Below, in pieces: positions 1-9,590 of a DNA stretch of 64,000 bases. The stretch is from NCBI GenBank assembly GCA_002448715.1, contig DJZU01000095.1:22179-86178 (forward strand), read 5' to 3'. Made by a program: the position numbers and the translations under genes. This DNA is from Candidatus Neomicrothrix sp. UBA6944. Its GTDB lineage: Bacteria; Actinomycetota; Acidimicrobiia; Acidimicrobiales; Poriferisodalaceae. The notes beneath the pieces are model-generated. The model did no database searches, was not told the origin of the DNA, and saw only the letters and a program-made list of their open reading frames with translations. Within the stretch, counting starts at the first letter, position 1, and every line of letters begins with the position of its first letter.

Positions 1-1
1 T

Positions 2-1072
2 GCTGCCCGCGCATACCTTCACCCCGTTCTCAACCGCCTTAATTTGACCGTCCAGACTCGGGCCCACGTCGAACGTCTGATCATGACTCAAGGAAAGGTG
101 GTTGGCGTTGAGACACATGAACGCGCAATCTTGGGTTCGCGGGGTAAATCAAAGAAATATTTTGCCCAAACGGTGATCTGCTGTGCCGGGGCGATCAACA
201 CGCCTCACCTACTTCAACTGAGCGGGATAGGCCCCACTAGCGTGCTCGAACCGGCGGGCATAACAGTTCGCCATGATTTACCCGGTGTGGGTGAAAATCT
301 CCAAGATCATCTAGAGGTCTACGTCCAGCACGCTGCCGTGAAACCAATTACGCAGCAACCAAACCTGTCGCGGTGGCGTCGCCCGTGGATTGGCTTGCAG
401 TGGTTGATGCGGCGTGGGCCCGCGGCAACGAATCATTTTGAAGCGGGCGGTTTCATTCGCTCGTCGACGCAGGTCGCTTACCCAAACGTGATGATTCACT
501 TTCTCCCGCTAGCGGTTCGATATGACGGCACGGTTGCAGCTGCGCCTCACGGATTTCAGCTTCATGTTGGGCCTATGAACGCTCGCTCGCGGGGCTCGGT
601 GCGCCTCAGGTCCGCTGACACCTTCACAAAGCCCCAGATCAGCTTCAATTATTTGGACAACGAGGCAGATAGGCGGGACTGGGTCGATGCTGTCAAAACA
701 GCCCGGAATATTTTGGAGCAGCCAGCTTTGGCGAAAATCAGTGAGGGAGAGTTATCGCCAGGACCTGAGGTTAAGTCCGACGAACAGATTCTCGAATGGG
801 TACGCAGCGATTGTGAAACTGCCTTGCATCCGTGCGGTACCTCCAAGATGGGTGTTGACAATTTATCCGTGGTGGATCCCCTAACGATGGGCGTACACGG
901 CGTTCCGGGATTAAAGGTGGTCGATGCGTCCGTGATACCTACAATCACCAATGGCAACATATATGCGCCCACGATGATGATTGCAGAGAAGGCCGCCGAT
1001 CTTATTTTAGGTAACACGCCGCTGGAGCCCGAGGCTCCGCCTTATTTTCTTGCCAGCGACGACGAGACTTAA
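2..1072 (+). CDS. betA: Choline dehydrogenase (GMC oxidoreductase), 5'-truncated by the window edge
   Basis: Frame is open from nt 2 (AARAYLHPVLNR..). GMC motifs GAINTPHLLQLSGIG, GVGENLQDH, ETALHPCGT, VVDASVIP and NGNIYAPTMMIAEKAAD. Betaine-catabolism neighbourhood. Confidence 0.85.
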   Translation, partial: AARAYLHPVLNRLNLTVQTRAHVERLIMTQGKVVGVETHERAILGSRGKSKKYFAQTVICCAGAINTPHLLQLSGIGPTSVLEPAGITVRHDLPGVGENLQDHLEVYVQHAAVKPITQQPNLSRWRRPWIGLQWLMRRGPAATNHFEAGGFIRSSTQVAYPNVMIHFLPLAVRYDGTVAAAPHGFQLHVGPMNARSRGSVRLRSADTFTKPQISFNYLDNEADRRDWVDAVKTARNILEQPALAKISEGELSPGPEVKSDEQILEWVRSDCETALHPCGTSKMGVDNLSVVDPLTMGVHGVPGLKVVDASVIPTITNGNIYAPTMMIAEKAADLILGNTPLEPEAPPYFLASDDET

Positions 1073-2298
1073 GACCGGTCGCGGCTAAACATCTCCGACA
1101 CCATTCGCGACGCCCGCAAAGGGAAAGGTATGAACGGGGTTTGTTTCTCAAGGGCGGGGGCACTGTGGAAGATGACCCGATACAGCAGATAGAGCGTCAT
1201 GGTGGCGAAGGTAATCAGTGGGAAATAGAAATATGCCTTGATGTCGATCCCCAGCAACAGACCTGCAATTAGCGGTCCAAGAAACGACCCAAGCCCGTGA
1301 ACACGGATTAAAAGGGCTGCCGCCGCTGTACGTTCTTGCTGCTGAAGCCAATCGTTTGTGTAGGCCACCGACATCGAATACAGAGGAAGTGCCAGGCCGC
1401 CAAGGAGAAAGAGGCATAACAGGGAAGTGAGATTTCGCCCGTCAAGTTGACTTACAACGAGACAACTCGCTGTAGCACCCAAGGCACAGATCATCATCAC
1501 TCCGCGTCGAGGGACTCGATCGGAGAGTCGACCTAGCGGAATTTGGAGTACGACTGAGCCGGCAAGCGGCGCGCCGACAAAGTTGGCTATTTGCACAGGG
1601 GTCCATCCTTGGGTTGAGCCATAGACCGGTCCAAGCCCAACTAGCGTCCCTAGAGTCATACCTGATAGCCCACAGATCACCAGTCCGGTAGGCACTACCG
1701 AATGAAGCCGGCTAAATGTTATTGGCTCAGGGATCCCGGTCGGAGCTGCTGCTCTCTTCGATAGAGCGACGGGCACGAGAGACATCGAAACCAAAATGGA
1801 TGCAACGGCGAAGAGTGTGAACTCTGTGACGGTGGCTAATCCAATGGAGTATTGGCCGAGCATGGTGGCAGCAACTGCGATCACCATGTAGGAGCTCAGA
1901 AGCCCGCCCCGGTTGGAGTTATCGGCAAAGTCGTTCAACCAGGATTCGGCAACAACGTAGAGGGCTGCCACACACACTCCAAAAGTTAGACGGCAGATGC
2001 CCCAACCCCAAGGAGATATCCAGATGCCCTGGAGCAACACAATTGTCGATGCCAGGGACGCCAATCCAGCAAACGTTCTGATGTGGCCTACTGAATCGAG
2101 TGATTTCCCCACATAGCGTGTACCGAGAACGAAGCCCGCGTAGTAAGCCGTCATCACGAGGGCTGTCGTGGTGGGGCCGAAACCCTCGATCTCAGCCCGT
2201 AACCCCAGCAGAGGCCTCTGCAGACCTACTCCTGCCTGGAGAAGCGCAATTCCGAGAAACAAAGACCATGCGGTGCTTCCTGGTCTCATGCCATTCAT
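1069..2298 (-). CDS. MFS transporter (YcaD-like)
   Basis: About 12 hydrophobic segments; MFS motif GRLSDRVPRR; ESWLND motif. Confidence 0.85.
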   Translation of the reverse strand: MNGMRPGSTAWSLFLGIALLQAGVGLQRPLLGLRAEIEGFGPTTTALVMTAYYAGFVLGTRYVGKSLDSVGHIRTFAGLASLASTIVLLQGIWISPWGWGICRLTFGVCVAALYVVAESWLNDFADNSNRGGLLSSYMVIAVAATMLGQYSIGLATVTEFTLFAVASILVSMSLVPVALSKRAAAPTGIPEPITFSRLHSVVPTGLVICGLSGMTLGTLVGLGPVYGSTQGWTPVQIANFVGAPLAGSVVLQIPLGRLSDRVPRRGVMMICALGATASCLVVSQLDGRNLTSLLCLFLLGGLALPLYSMSVAYTNDWLQQQERTAAAALLIRVHGLGSFLGPLIAGLLLGIDIKAYFYFPLITFATMTLYLLYRVIFHSAPALEKQTPFIPFPLRASRMVSEMFSRDRS

Positions 2299-2366
2299 AG
2301 GGAACTTAAAACCTCAGTGTCTGGGCGTGGTGTGCAAGTATGACCAATTAAGCGCCAGGCGCAAAG

Positions 2367-3242
2367 CTATTTTGCAGACTGCTCTGAGTCAGAAGAGGGC
2401 GCTCGATATACCGGTGCTTGGACGTACTGCCAACCAAAACGCCCTTTGACGCATAAGTGCCCTGAAGTTACTGAATGATCCGCTGGGGATGTGACCTTTA
2501 CGATCTGGTTGTCTTGGGTGTGAAGCTCGAGAGTGCACCCAACGCCGCAATATGAGCAGATTGTTTCGGTGACGGACTGCTCTTCTGGTCGCCAGTTCGC
2601 AGCTTCGCGCATGTCGAACTCGGTCTTAAATTGAAGAGCATTGGTGGGACAGACTCCAATGCAGTTTCCGCAGTACACACAGGCCGATTCGGGTAGCGGC
2701 ACATCGTGTTCCGTCGAGATCTTCGCGTCGAAACCACGGCCCGCTACGGCGATAGCGAAGGTGAACTGAGCGTCATCACCGCACGCTTCGACACACTTGT
2801 AGCAGAGAACGCATCGCTCGTAGGCGCGAACGAATAAGTCGTCTTCTACTTTCGGCGGTGTAGTGGTTTTAACTGGATCCGTGTAGCGATCGCTGTCAGC
2901 ACCGTAATCACTGATTAATTCCTGAAGGTTGTCACTCTGGCTGAGGTCATTTGCGCTGTCGAGGAGCTCTAGAACCATGCGTCGATTTTCTCGAACCCGA
3001 TCTGTGTTGGTCTTAACGGCGGCGCCATCTTCACACGTACGCGAGCAGGCGGGAATCAGCGTTCTAGCTCCTTCGGCTTCGACAACGCACAGACGGCATA
3101 CGTTTACTGGAGTGAGATTCTCAGCCCAGCAAAGTGTTGGAATTTCGATGTTCATGGACTGTGCGGCCTCAAGAATAGTGGTGCCTTCAGGAACAGTTAT
3201 TAGTTGGTCATCAATGTGTAATGAGACTGATTTGTTGCTCAC
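2367..3242 (-). CDS. Fe-S subunit of NAD-dependent formate dehydrogenase (NuoG/FdsA N-terminal module)
   Basis: 2Fe-2S IPTLC..CRLCVVE..PAC; two 4Fe-4S motifs CVLCYKCVEAC and CVYCGNCIGVCP; C-terminal molybdopterin Fe4S4 domain TICSYCGVGC..LCVKG. Confidence 0.9.
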   Translation of the reverse strand: MSNKSVSLHIDDQLITVPEGTTILEAAQSMNIEIPTLCWAENLTPVNVCRLCVVEAEGARTLIPACSRTCEDGAAVKTNTDRVRENRRMVLELLDSANDLSQSDNLQELISDYGADSDRYTDPVKTTTPPKVEDDLFVRAYERCVLCYKCVEACGDDAQFTFAIAVAGRGFDAKISTEHDVPLPESACVYCGNCIGVCPTNALQFKTEFDMREAANWRPEEQSVTETICSYCGVGCTLELHTQDNQIVKVTSPADHSVTSGHLCVKGRFGWQYVQAPVYRAPSSDSEQSAK

Positions 3243-4975
3243 GTCTGTACCCCTACTAGCCCCTCTGTGAACGCCGATTGGACGGCTGAGGCTGCGGTGT
3301 GGCCAAGTCCGCAGATAGAAGAGTCGCCCATGACCATAGAAAGATCAGAAAGCAGGACTCTCTCTGATTCGTTCGGTTGAGTACCTCTGATTTGGAGCAA
3401 CACTTCATGTTGACGCGTTGTGCCGATTCTGCAGGGGACACATTGCCCACAGGACTCGTCGCGGAAGAACTTCGCTAAACGCACTAACACCGACCAAAGG
3501 TCGACGTCTTTGGAAAACACGGTGACTGCGCCTGAGCCCAGGGTTGCGCCGCGCTCAGCGGTACCCTCGAAGGACAAGGGCAGATCGAGATTCGGGGGTG
3601 CTAGGAAGCGGCCCGCTGCTCCCCCAAGCAAGACCGCCTGGACGTCCTCGATCTGGACCCCTGCGACCTCAAGCAATTCATGTAGTGGAAGCCCGAATGC
3701 CGCTTCGTACAAGCCCGGATTGCCAACGTCGCCCGAGACGCAAAACAGCTTCGTCCCCGGCGAGTTGGGTGTACCGACAGAACGAAACACGTCGACGCCG
3801 TAGGTGGCAATGTCCAGCACATTGATGAGAGTTTCGGGGTTATTAACAATTGTCGGGCATCCGAAAAGGCCGCTCTCTGTCGGAAACGGGGGTTTGCTCC
3901 GCGGTTCGCCGCGAAATCCTTCAATCGAGTTAAACAGTGCAGTTTCCTCGCCACATATGTATGCACCGGCACCCTGGCGTAGCTCTATATCGAATGTAAA
4001 GGCACCATCGTGGACGTTGGCGCCAAGAAGTCCAGCTTGGTAGGCCTGTTCAATCGCAGATCGAAGCCGTTTTGTAGCTGTTGAGTATTCACCTCTTATG
4101 TAAATCCACCCCTTGGTGCAACCTGTAGCAAACCCAGCGATTGTCATAGCCTCGATCAGAGCGAACGGATCGTTCTCGATAATCATTCGATCTTTAAAGG
4201 TCCCCGGTTCGCTTTCATCGGCATTAGCGACGACATATTTTTGACGATGATCGTGGTTGGCTACGGTGCGCCATTTTCGCCCTGTCGGAAAGGCAGCACC
4301 TCCGCGTCCGGTAAGACCTGATTCTGTGACGAGACGAATAATCTCTTCTTGCCCAACCTCTATTGCCGTTTTGAGCGCCTGATAGCCACCGTGTTCGCGA
4401 TAAGACCTCAGGCTTTGGGGATCAACCAAGCCGAATCGGCGGAGCAGCCGGTTCGCTAACGTAGCGTTGAACTTTTGTTCAGTTTCCCCAGTAGACGCCA
4501 TGTCAACTGGATCTGAGCTTCTCGCTTGAATGAATAGAGCCGGAGCGTTCTCGCATTGACCAAGACATGGACCCTCGTGGACGTTTTTCCCTTCCGCTCG
4601 CAATTGTTGGGCGTAGCCTGACGCATCAGCCAGCGCACAACTCGCATCAACACACACATGATGTCGTGGGCCTGGCATGTCAGGCTCTTCTAGCTCGAAG
4701 AGGTCATAGAAAGAGGCAACGCCGAACGCCTCTGCCGGCGGAACCTGCAGGCTCTCGGCAAGGTAGTTCAAGCCACCTGGAGATATCCAGCCCCTTGACG
4801 CGTTGAGGTCGTGCAGTCCCGGGAGTAAAAGGTGTCGGGCATCGCCAGCGCGTCTGATTCCTCCGAGGACCACCCGTTCGCTCTGTCTGACGACCGGTGG
4901 CTGTTCGACGAGCGCGTCTACCAATGCGCGCTCGTGATCATCGGGTTCTGCATCGCTGAACTTGAGATCAGGCAC
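3239..4975 (-). CDS. Fused NuoE/NuoF-like diaphorase subunit of formate dehydrogenase
   Basis: N-terminal NuoE-like CVDASC/CLGQC; NuoF motifs GRGGAAF, ADESEPG, YICGEETAL, ESCGQCVPCRIG, SICGLG. Confidence 0.9.
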   Translation of the reverse strand: MPDLKFSDAEPDDHERALVDALVEQPPVVRQSERVVLGGIRRAGDARHLLLPGLHDLNASRGWISPGGLNYLAESLQVPPAEAFGVASFYDLFELEEPDMPGPRHHVCVDASCALADASGYAQQLRAEGKNVHEGPCLGQCENAPALFIQARSSDPVDMASTGETEQKFNATLANRLLRRFGLVDPQSLRSYREHGGYQALKTAIEVGQEEIIRLVTESGLTGRGGAAFPTGRKWRTVANHDHRQKYVVANADESEPGTFKDRMIIENDPFALIEAMTIAGFATGCTKGWIYIRGEYSTATKRLRSAIEQAYQAGLLGANVHDGAFTFDIELRQGAGAYICGEETALFNSIEGFRGEPRSKPPFPTESGLFGCPTIVNNPETLINVLDIATYGVDVFRSVGTPNSPGTKLFCVSGDVGNPGLYEAAFGLPLHELLEVAGVQIEDVQAVLLGGAAGRFLAPPNLDLPLSFEGTAERGATLGSGAVTVFSKDVDLWSVLVRLAKFFRDESCGQCVPCRIGTTRQHEVLLQIRGTQPNESERVLLSDLSMVMGDSSICGLGHTAASAVQSAFTEGLVGVQT

Positions 4976-6896
4976 GGTTGTTGCCCACCAACTTATCTAT
5001 CCGGATGGCGGCTGCTTTGAACTCGGCGGTGCCGCTTAAGGGATCCCATTGGTCGTTTGTTAGGAGGTTCAGGTCCACGAGTTCAGGGAAGTGAAACGTA
5101 GTAAAAGCGAGACCTTGGGCTTGGTCACTCTTGATGGAGACCGTCATCTCGACGCTGCCGCGGGGCGATGACACCGTCACACGCTCACCCTCGACCAGGC
5201 TTAACTCCTTGGCATCCAGATGGCTAATCTCCAGATCCACACCGGAACGGATCGGAGAGCTATAGCCCCGGGTCTGTACGCCTGTGTTGTAAGAGTCAAG
5301 GACTCGACCCGTCGTCAGCCGCAGCGGGTAGTCAGACGTCACCTTTTCTTTAGGGCCCTCGTGATTTGTCAAAGAGAATGGTGCCGGGTCATGGCCACCA
5401 AGATCTTCTTCCCAGAGCCAACCGTGGAGGTACTGCGTCCCTGGATGATTGATATCGGGACAGGGCCATTGCAGTCCTTCTCCTTGCTCCAATCTTGTGT
5501 ACGTCATTCCTTTGTGCATAGGTGAAAGTGAACGAAGTTCATCCCAAAGGTGTTCAGGGCTAGTCGTTGGCCAGGGCACACCGAAACGTTGGGCGAGGAG
5601 CCCGATGATTTCGTGGTCGTGACGAGTCCCTGATGGAGGTTCCAGAGCGGCTCTGACCCGTTGAACCCGACGCTCGCTGGAAGTTACGGTGCCGTCACAT
5701 TCTGCCCAGCCAACGGAGGCGGGTAACACCACATCGGCTAGCTCGGCTGTGCGAGTCATGAAAATATCTTGCACTACGAGAAGATCCAGGTTTCTCAGTA
5801 AATCTCTCGTGTGTCGCACATCAGCTTCCGAATCAGCGGGATTCTCGCCGATGATGTAAAGCCCCGTCAGCTCCCTCTTTGCCATCGCTTCGAACATCAA
5901 CGTTAAGTGCAAACCAGGTCTTGGATTCAAGGGGACTCCGTAGGCAGTTTCAAATTTGCGCAGCGCCGTCGGATCGTCAATGTCTTGGAAGCCGGGAAGC
6001 TTGTTCGGCAGGGCGCCCATGTCGCCCCCGCCTTGTACGTTATTTTGCCCCCTGAGCGGAACGAGCCCCGAGCCCCAGCGACCCACATGGCCGGTTAAAA
6101 GAGCAAGGTTGCAAAGCGAGAGTACGTTCTCTACGCCGTTATGGTGTTCTGTGATGCCCAGGGTCCAAAGAATCTGGGCTGTCGTGGCTGTTGCGTAGCG
6201 GTGTGCTAGGTCTTTGATGGTCCCAGCGTCCACTCCGGTGGCGCTGGCCGCGAAATCAAGCGTGTAGGGCTCCACATGCTCGACAAATGCCTCAAATCCA
6301 ATCGTCGAGTGCTCGATGAACCGGGTGTCGTGAAGGTCCGCCGCGATGATTTCGCGCGCTAAAGCGTTTGCTAGAGCAATGTCTGAACCGACATTAATGC
6401 CGAGCCACGTCTCAGCAAATTTTGCAGAATCAGTGCGGCGAGGATCAACGGCGTACATCGATCCACCATTGCGAATTCCCTTCAGCACATGATGAAAATA
6501 GATGGGGTGAGCAGCGCGAGCGTTCGATCCCCAGAGCAGGACAAAGTCTGCCTCTTCTACTTCCTTATATGAAGAGGTGCCGCCGCCGGCTCCGAACACT
6601 GTCGCCAGACCGACGACGCTGGGAGCGTGTCAAGTTCGATTACAGGAGTCGATGTTGTTTGAACCAATTGCGGTTCGCATAAATTTCTGCGCCGCATAGT
6701 TCATTTCATTGGTGCTTTTGGAGCAGCTGAATAGGCCCACTGCTTCGGGACCCTTGTTGGTCATTATCGCAGTGAAGCCTTGGACCACAGTGTCGAGCGC
6801 CTCATCCCAACCGACAGGCTCAAGCGATCCATTTCTTCTCACCAAAGGTGTGTTGAGCCTGGCTAGGGGTTCGGTCTGAACAGCACGTCTCTTCAT
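4968..6896 (-). CDS. fdhF: Selenocysteine-containing formate dehydrogenase catalytic (Mo/W-bis-PGD) subunit, 642 aa, Sec at codon 89 (TGA 6632..6630)
   Basis: ORFs 6630..7043 and 4968..6599 are in frame across a single TGA, giving NNIDSCNRT-U-HAPSVVGL, the FdhF active-site position. PLRGQNNVQG motif present. ATG 6896 has a GGAG RBS. SECIS-like hairpin follows the UGA. Confidence 0.92.
6589..6626 (-). promoter_or_regulatory. Bacterial SECIS element of the FDH gene
   Basis: mRNA UGA CAC GCUCC CAGC GUCGUC-GGUCU-GGCGAC AGUGUUC GGAGC. Apical stem-loop with a GGU loop beginning after 18 nt, plus a lower GCUCC/GGAGC stem. Confidence 0.8.
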
Positions 6897-7010
6897 TGGA
6901 ACTCCTGGGACGGAACGTCTACTCCAGTCTAGAAGCGCAAATGTGCGTGGTGGGTTTCTGCAACGGGCAAAACAACGCTCCTCACGAGGATCTTTCCGAG
7001 TTTGGGCTCG

Positions 7011-7042
7011 AGCGACTACGTGGAACGTTCCACAATGTGGCA
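7011..7042. promoter_or_regulatory. Candidate IclR operator in the fdh/iclR divergent region
   Basis: Perfect palindrome GTGGAACGTTCCAC (7020-7033) overlapping the 15-bp box TTCCACAATGTGGCA (7028-7042). Confidence 0.5.
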
Positions 7043-7061
7043 CACTCGCGTAGAGGTGAAT

Positions 7062-7805
7062 ATGCCGGCAGTTCAGTCAGTCCAAAGGGCGTTCGCTATC
7101 TTGCGAGCGCTAGCGGGATCACCGATGGGCGTTACTCAGCTCTCCCAATCGGTGGGTCTTCCTAAGAGTACGGTGGCTCGCCTCTTAGCGGCGCTAGAAG
7201 AAGAGCAAGCAGTCGTACAGGAGGAGGTCGGTGGAAAGTACGCGATTGGGGACGGATTGCTTGACGTAGTGGGCAATCTCTCCTCTGGACGGAATATTGT
7301 GTCGTTAGCGCGTCCCTTCTTAAGCGCATTAGCCTTCGAGATAGACGAGACAGCGGGAATAGCTGTCCGCGACGGTCATAACGTTCATTACCTTGGCCAT
7401 GTCGGGCCCGACACACAAGTGCAAGTCCGAGACTGGACGGGTGAGTATGCCCCCCTGCATTTAGTGCCGTCGGGGTTGGTCGCGCTCGCTCACTTACCGA
7501 GTGAGGAGTTGGACGAATATTTACAGGGTGGCCTACTGGGTACCACCGCTAAGAGTGTGATTAACGTCGACGACGTGCGTACACGCGTCAAGCAGGTGAA
7601 AAGTGTGGGTTACGCCTGGGGTTTCGAAGAGTTCGCCGCTGGAATTAATTCGGTGGCAGCACCTATCTATGGGCAAGACAATGATGTGGTCGCGCTTCTT
7701 CACATTCACGGTCCCGCTTATCGCTTTCCTGATCCCGACCGCACCCACGACTTAGGAGTTCGGTTAGTCGAAACGTGCGGTGAGTTAAGCAAAAGGCTTA
7801 TCTAG
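7062..7805 (+). CDS. IclR family transcriptional regulator
   Basis: VQSVQRAFAIL..GLPKSTVARLL HTH; C-terminal EEFAAGINSVAAPI..GPAYRF; RBS GAGGTG before ATG 7062. Confidence 0.93.
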   Translation: MPAVQSVQRAFAILRALAGSPMGVTQLSQSVGLPKSTVARLLAALEEEQAVVQEEVGGKYAIGDGLLDVVGNLSSGRNIVSLARPFLSALAFEIDETAGIAVRDGHNVHYLGHVGPDTQVQVRDWTGEYAPLHLVPSGLVALAHLPSEELDEYLQGGLLGTTAKSVINVDDVRTRVKQVKSVGYAWGFEEFAAGINSVAAPIYGQDNDVVALLHIHGPAYRFPDPDRTHDLGVRLVETCGELSKRLI

Positions 7806-8791
7806 GTCGAAGTGCTATTGCCCCGGCGACGTTCAATTTCGGCGATTATCGCTGGCACAACCTCGTGAAGGTCGGCAATCACCGCATAGCCGGCTTTGGT
7901 AACCATGTTGGCCTCGGGGTCTGTGTTTATAGCCAGAATGTTCTTTGATGCCATCGCACCGACCCAGTGTTGGATTGCTCCGGAGATTCCGCAGGCAATG
8001 TAGATGTCAGGAGCTATTCGTGTCCCGGTCTGACCGACTTGGTCAGCGTGACTCCTCCATCCGTTGTTAGTAACAGCACGCGAGCAACCAACCTTGCCCG
8101 ATAGGAGCCCCGCTAGTGCTTCTAGCGAGGCAAACCCCTCAGCGGACCCCACTCCCCGGCCACCTGAAACAACTACTGCAGCAGTAGAAAGGGTGGTGCC
8201 TTCACTTAGAGTTACGCGATCTTGTACTAGCGAACGACATAGAACCGGGTCGAGATTCATTTCAATCGACTCAATTTGAGTTGCCGATGCGGCGGCAAGT
8301 GGCTCTGCTTCCACCGAATGATGCGCATAGGAAATAAAGAGTGACGAGGTGTCCAGGGTGACATCTTCTAATAGTGAGCCGCCCCATTGCATTCGGGTTA
8401 ACTCCCAAGCACCACTGAACTCGGCGTTAATGCAGTTCGCGACAAAAGGAATCTGAGCCCTCGCACTCGCCTGGGCAAGGATTTCGTTACCGCGGTCCGT
8501 CCCCGTAGCCATCACGACTCGGGCCTCTGTGAGAGAAAATAGTTCCGCCATGGCCTGGCCCCATAATTCGGGACCATAGTCAACGATTTGAGGGTCTAGG
8601 ACACTCACTGCTTTGGGAATGCCATGTTCCTCACACAAAGAGACAAATTCGGTGGTCGCCTCACCAATCACAACCGCGATAACAGGTTCATTTAGGTGGT
8701 CGCTAAGCCGGCGGGCCGCGGTGAGAGCCTCGCCTGCTGAGGGCGCGAGCTGCCCTTGATCATGTTCGACTACGACATAAACGCCTGCCAT
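7802..8791 (-). CDS. etfA: Electron transfer flavoprotein alpha subunit
   Basis: VVSGGRG, QVGQTG, YIACGISGAIQH, AINTDPEA motifs. Confidence 0.95.
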   Translation of the reverse strand: MAGVYVVVEHDQGQLAPSAGEALTAARRLSDHLNEPVIAVVIGEATTEFVSLCEEHGIPKAVSVLDPQIVDYGPELWGQAMAELFSLTEARVVMATGTDRGNEILAQASARAQIPFVANCINAEFSGAWELTRMQWGGSLLEDVTLDTSSLFISYAHHSVEAEPLAAASATQIESIEMNLDPVLCRSLVQDRVTLSEGTTLSTAAVVVSGGRGVGSAEGFASLEALAGLLSGKVGCSRAVTNNGWRSHADQVGQTGTRIAPDIYIACGISGAIQHWVGAMASKNILAINTDPEANMVTKAGYAVIADLHEVVPAIIAEIERRRGNSTST

Positions 8792-9558
8792 TAGAGAACT
8801 CCGAGTTCTTCGAGAAGGTCCACAATCTTGGGGGCGGCGTCGCTGCTCGTGCCAAGAATCTCTGTTTCGATTACCGTCTCTTCGGGTTGATGAAGTCGTC
8901 TGCGCTGTTGGGCTCCCGGGGCGACCTGCGTCTCCCGTGCCGAGATTTCAGCTTTTTTAGAGGCCAGACGGCCTTTCATCGTTGGATATCGAGGCAGGTT
9001 GATCCCCTCCTTAACGCCGAGCACGGCAGGGATCTCAAGGGAATAGACCTCGTAACCTCCGTCCACTTCGCGACGCGCTGTAACACCCTGCACCCCAACT
9101 TCGATACCTTTGATTCCATTGACCGCTGGCCGACCCAAAGCGACCGCTACTCTGATTCCGACCTGATGACCTCCAGAGTCCGCCGATTCGTTTCCAAAAA
9201 GAATCAAATCAAATTGGCCTTGATCTGCCTCGAGCTCGGCGATGCTTTCGATGATGGCATCGGCTGTCTGTTGTGGGTCCCAATCAATTCCAGTGTCGTT
9301 GGACACTAGGACGAAGGCAGTGGCTCCGACACTCGCTGCATAGCGCAGTTGTTCTTCAGCCTCGGAAGGCCCCACCGTGAGGACCGTAACTCCACCGCCG
9401 TGTTGTTCGACGATCTGAGCTGCCTCCTCGACAGCACATTCCTCATGGGGACTAGTCGTAAAACCCAAATGGTTCGTATCCACGTTGAGCGAGTCCGGCG
9501 TAACGTTGATTCTTGACCCAGGCGCTGGAACGCGCTTTACGCACACAAGTATCCGCAT
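8791..9558 (-). CDS. etfB: Electron transfer flavoprotein beta subunit
   Basis: MRILVCVKRVP, DLILFGNESAD, INLPRYP; adjacent to etfA. Confidence 0.95.
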   Translation of the reverse strand: MRILVCVKRVPAPGSRINVTPDSLNVDTNHLGFTTSPHEECAVEEAAQIVEQHGGGVTVLTVGPSEAEEQLRYAASVGATAFVLVSNDTGIDWDPQQTADAIIESIAELEADQGQFDLILFGNESADSGGHQVGIRVAVALGRPAVNGIKGIEVGVQGVTARREVDGGYEVYSLEIPAVLGVKEGINLPRYPTMKGRLASKKAEISARETQVAPGAQQRRRLHQPEETVIETEILGTSSDAAPKIVDLLEELGVL

Positions 9559-9590
9559 TTATTTTCCTCGCCCCCTACTGTCTGCTGTCC

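Noticed and set aside
6630..6632. FDH and AhpD-like genes as nonsense pseudogenes, or genome-wide UGA reassignment
   Set aside because: Both TGAs fall on catalytic Cys/Sec positions with downstream hairpins and no other lesions. Many other genes here end in TGA at normal C-termini, and Trp is encoded by TGG.
6897..7061. N-terminal extensions of the FDH (from 7043) and IclR (from 7002) ORFs
   Set aside because: They overlap each other across a divergent promoter; RBS-supported starts are 6896 and 7062.
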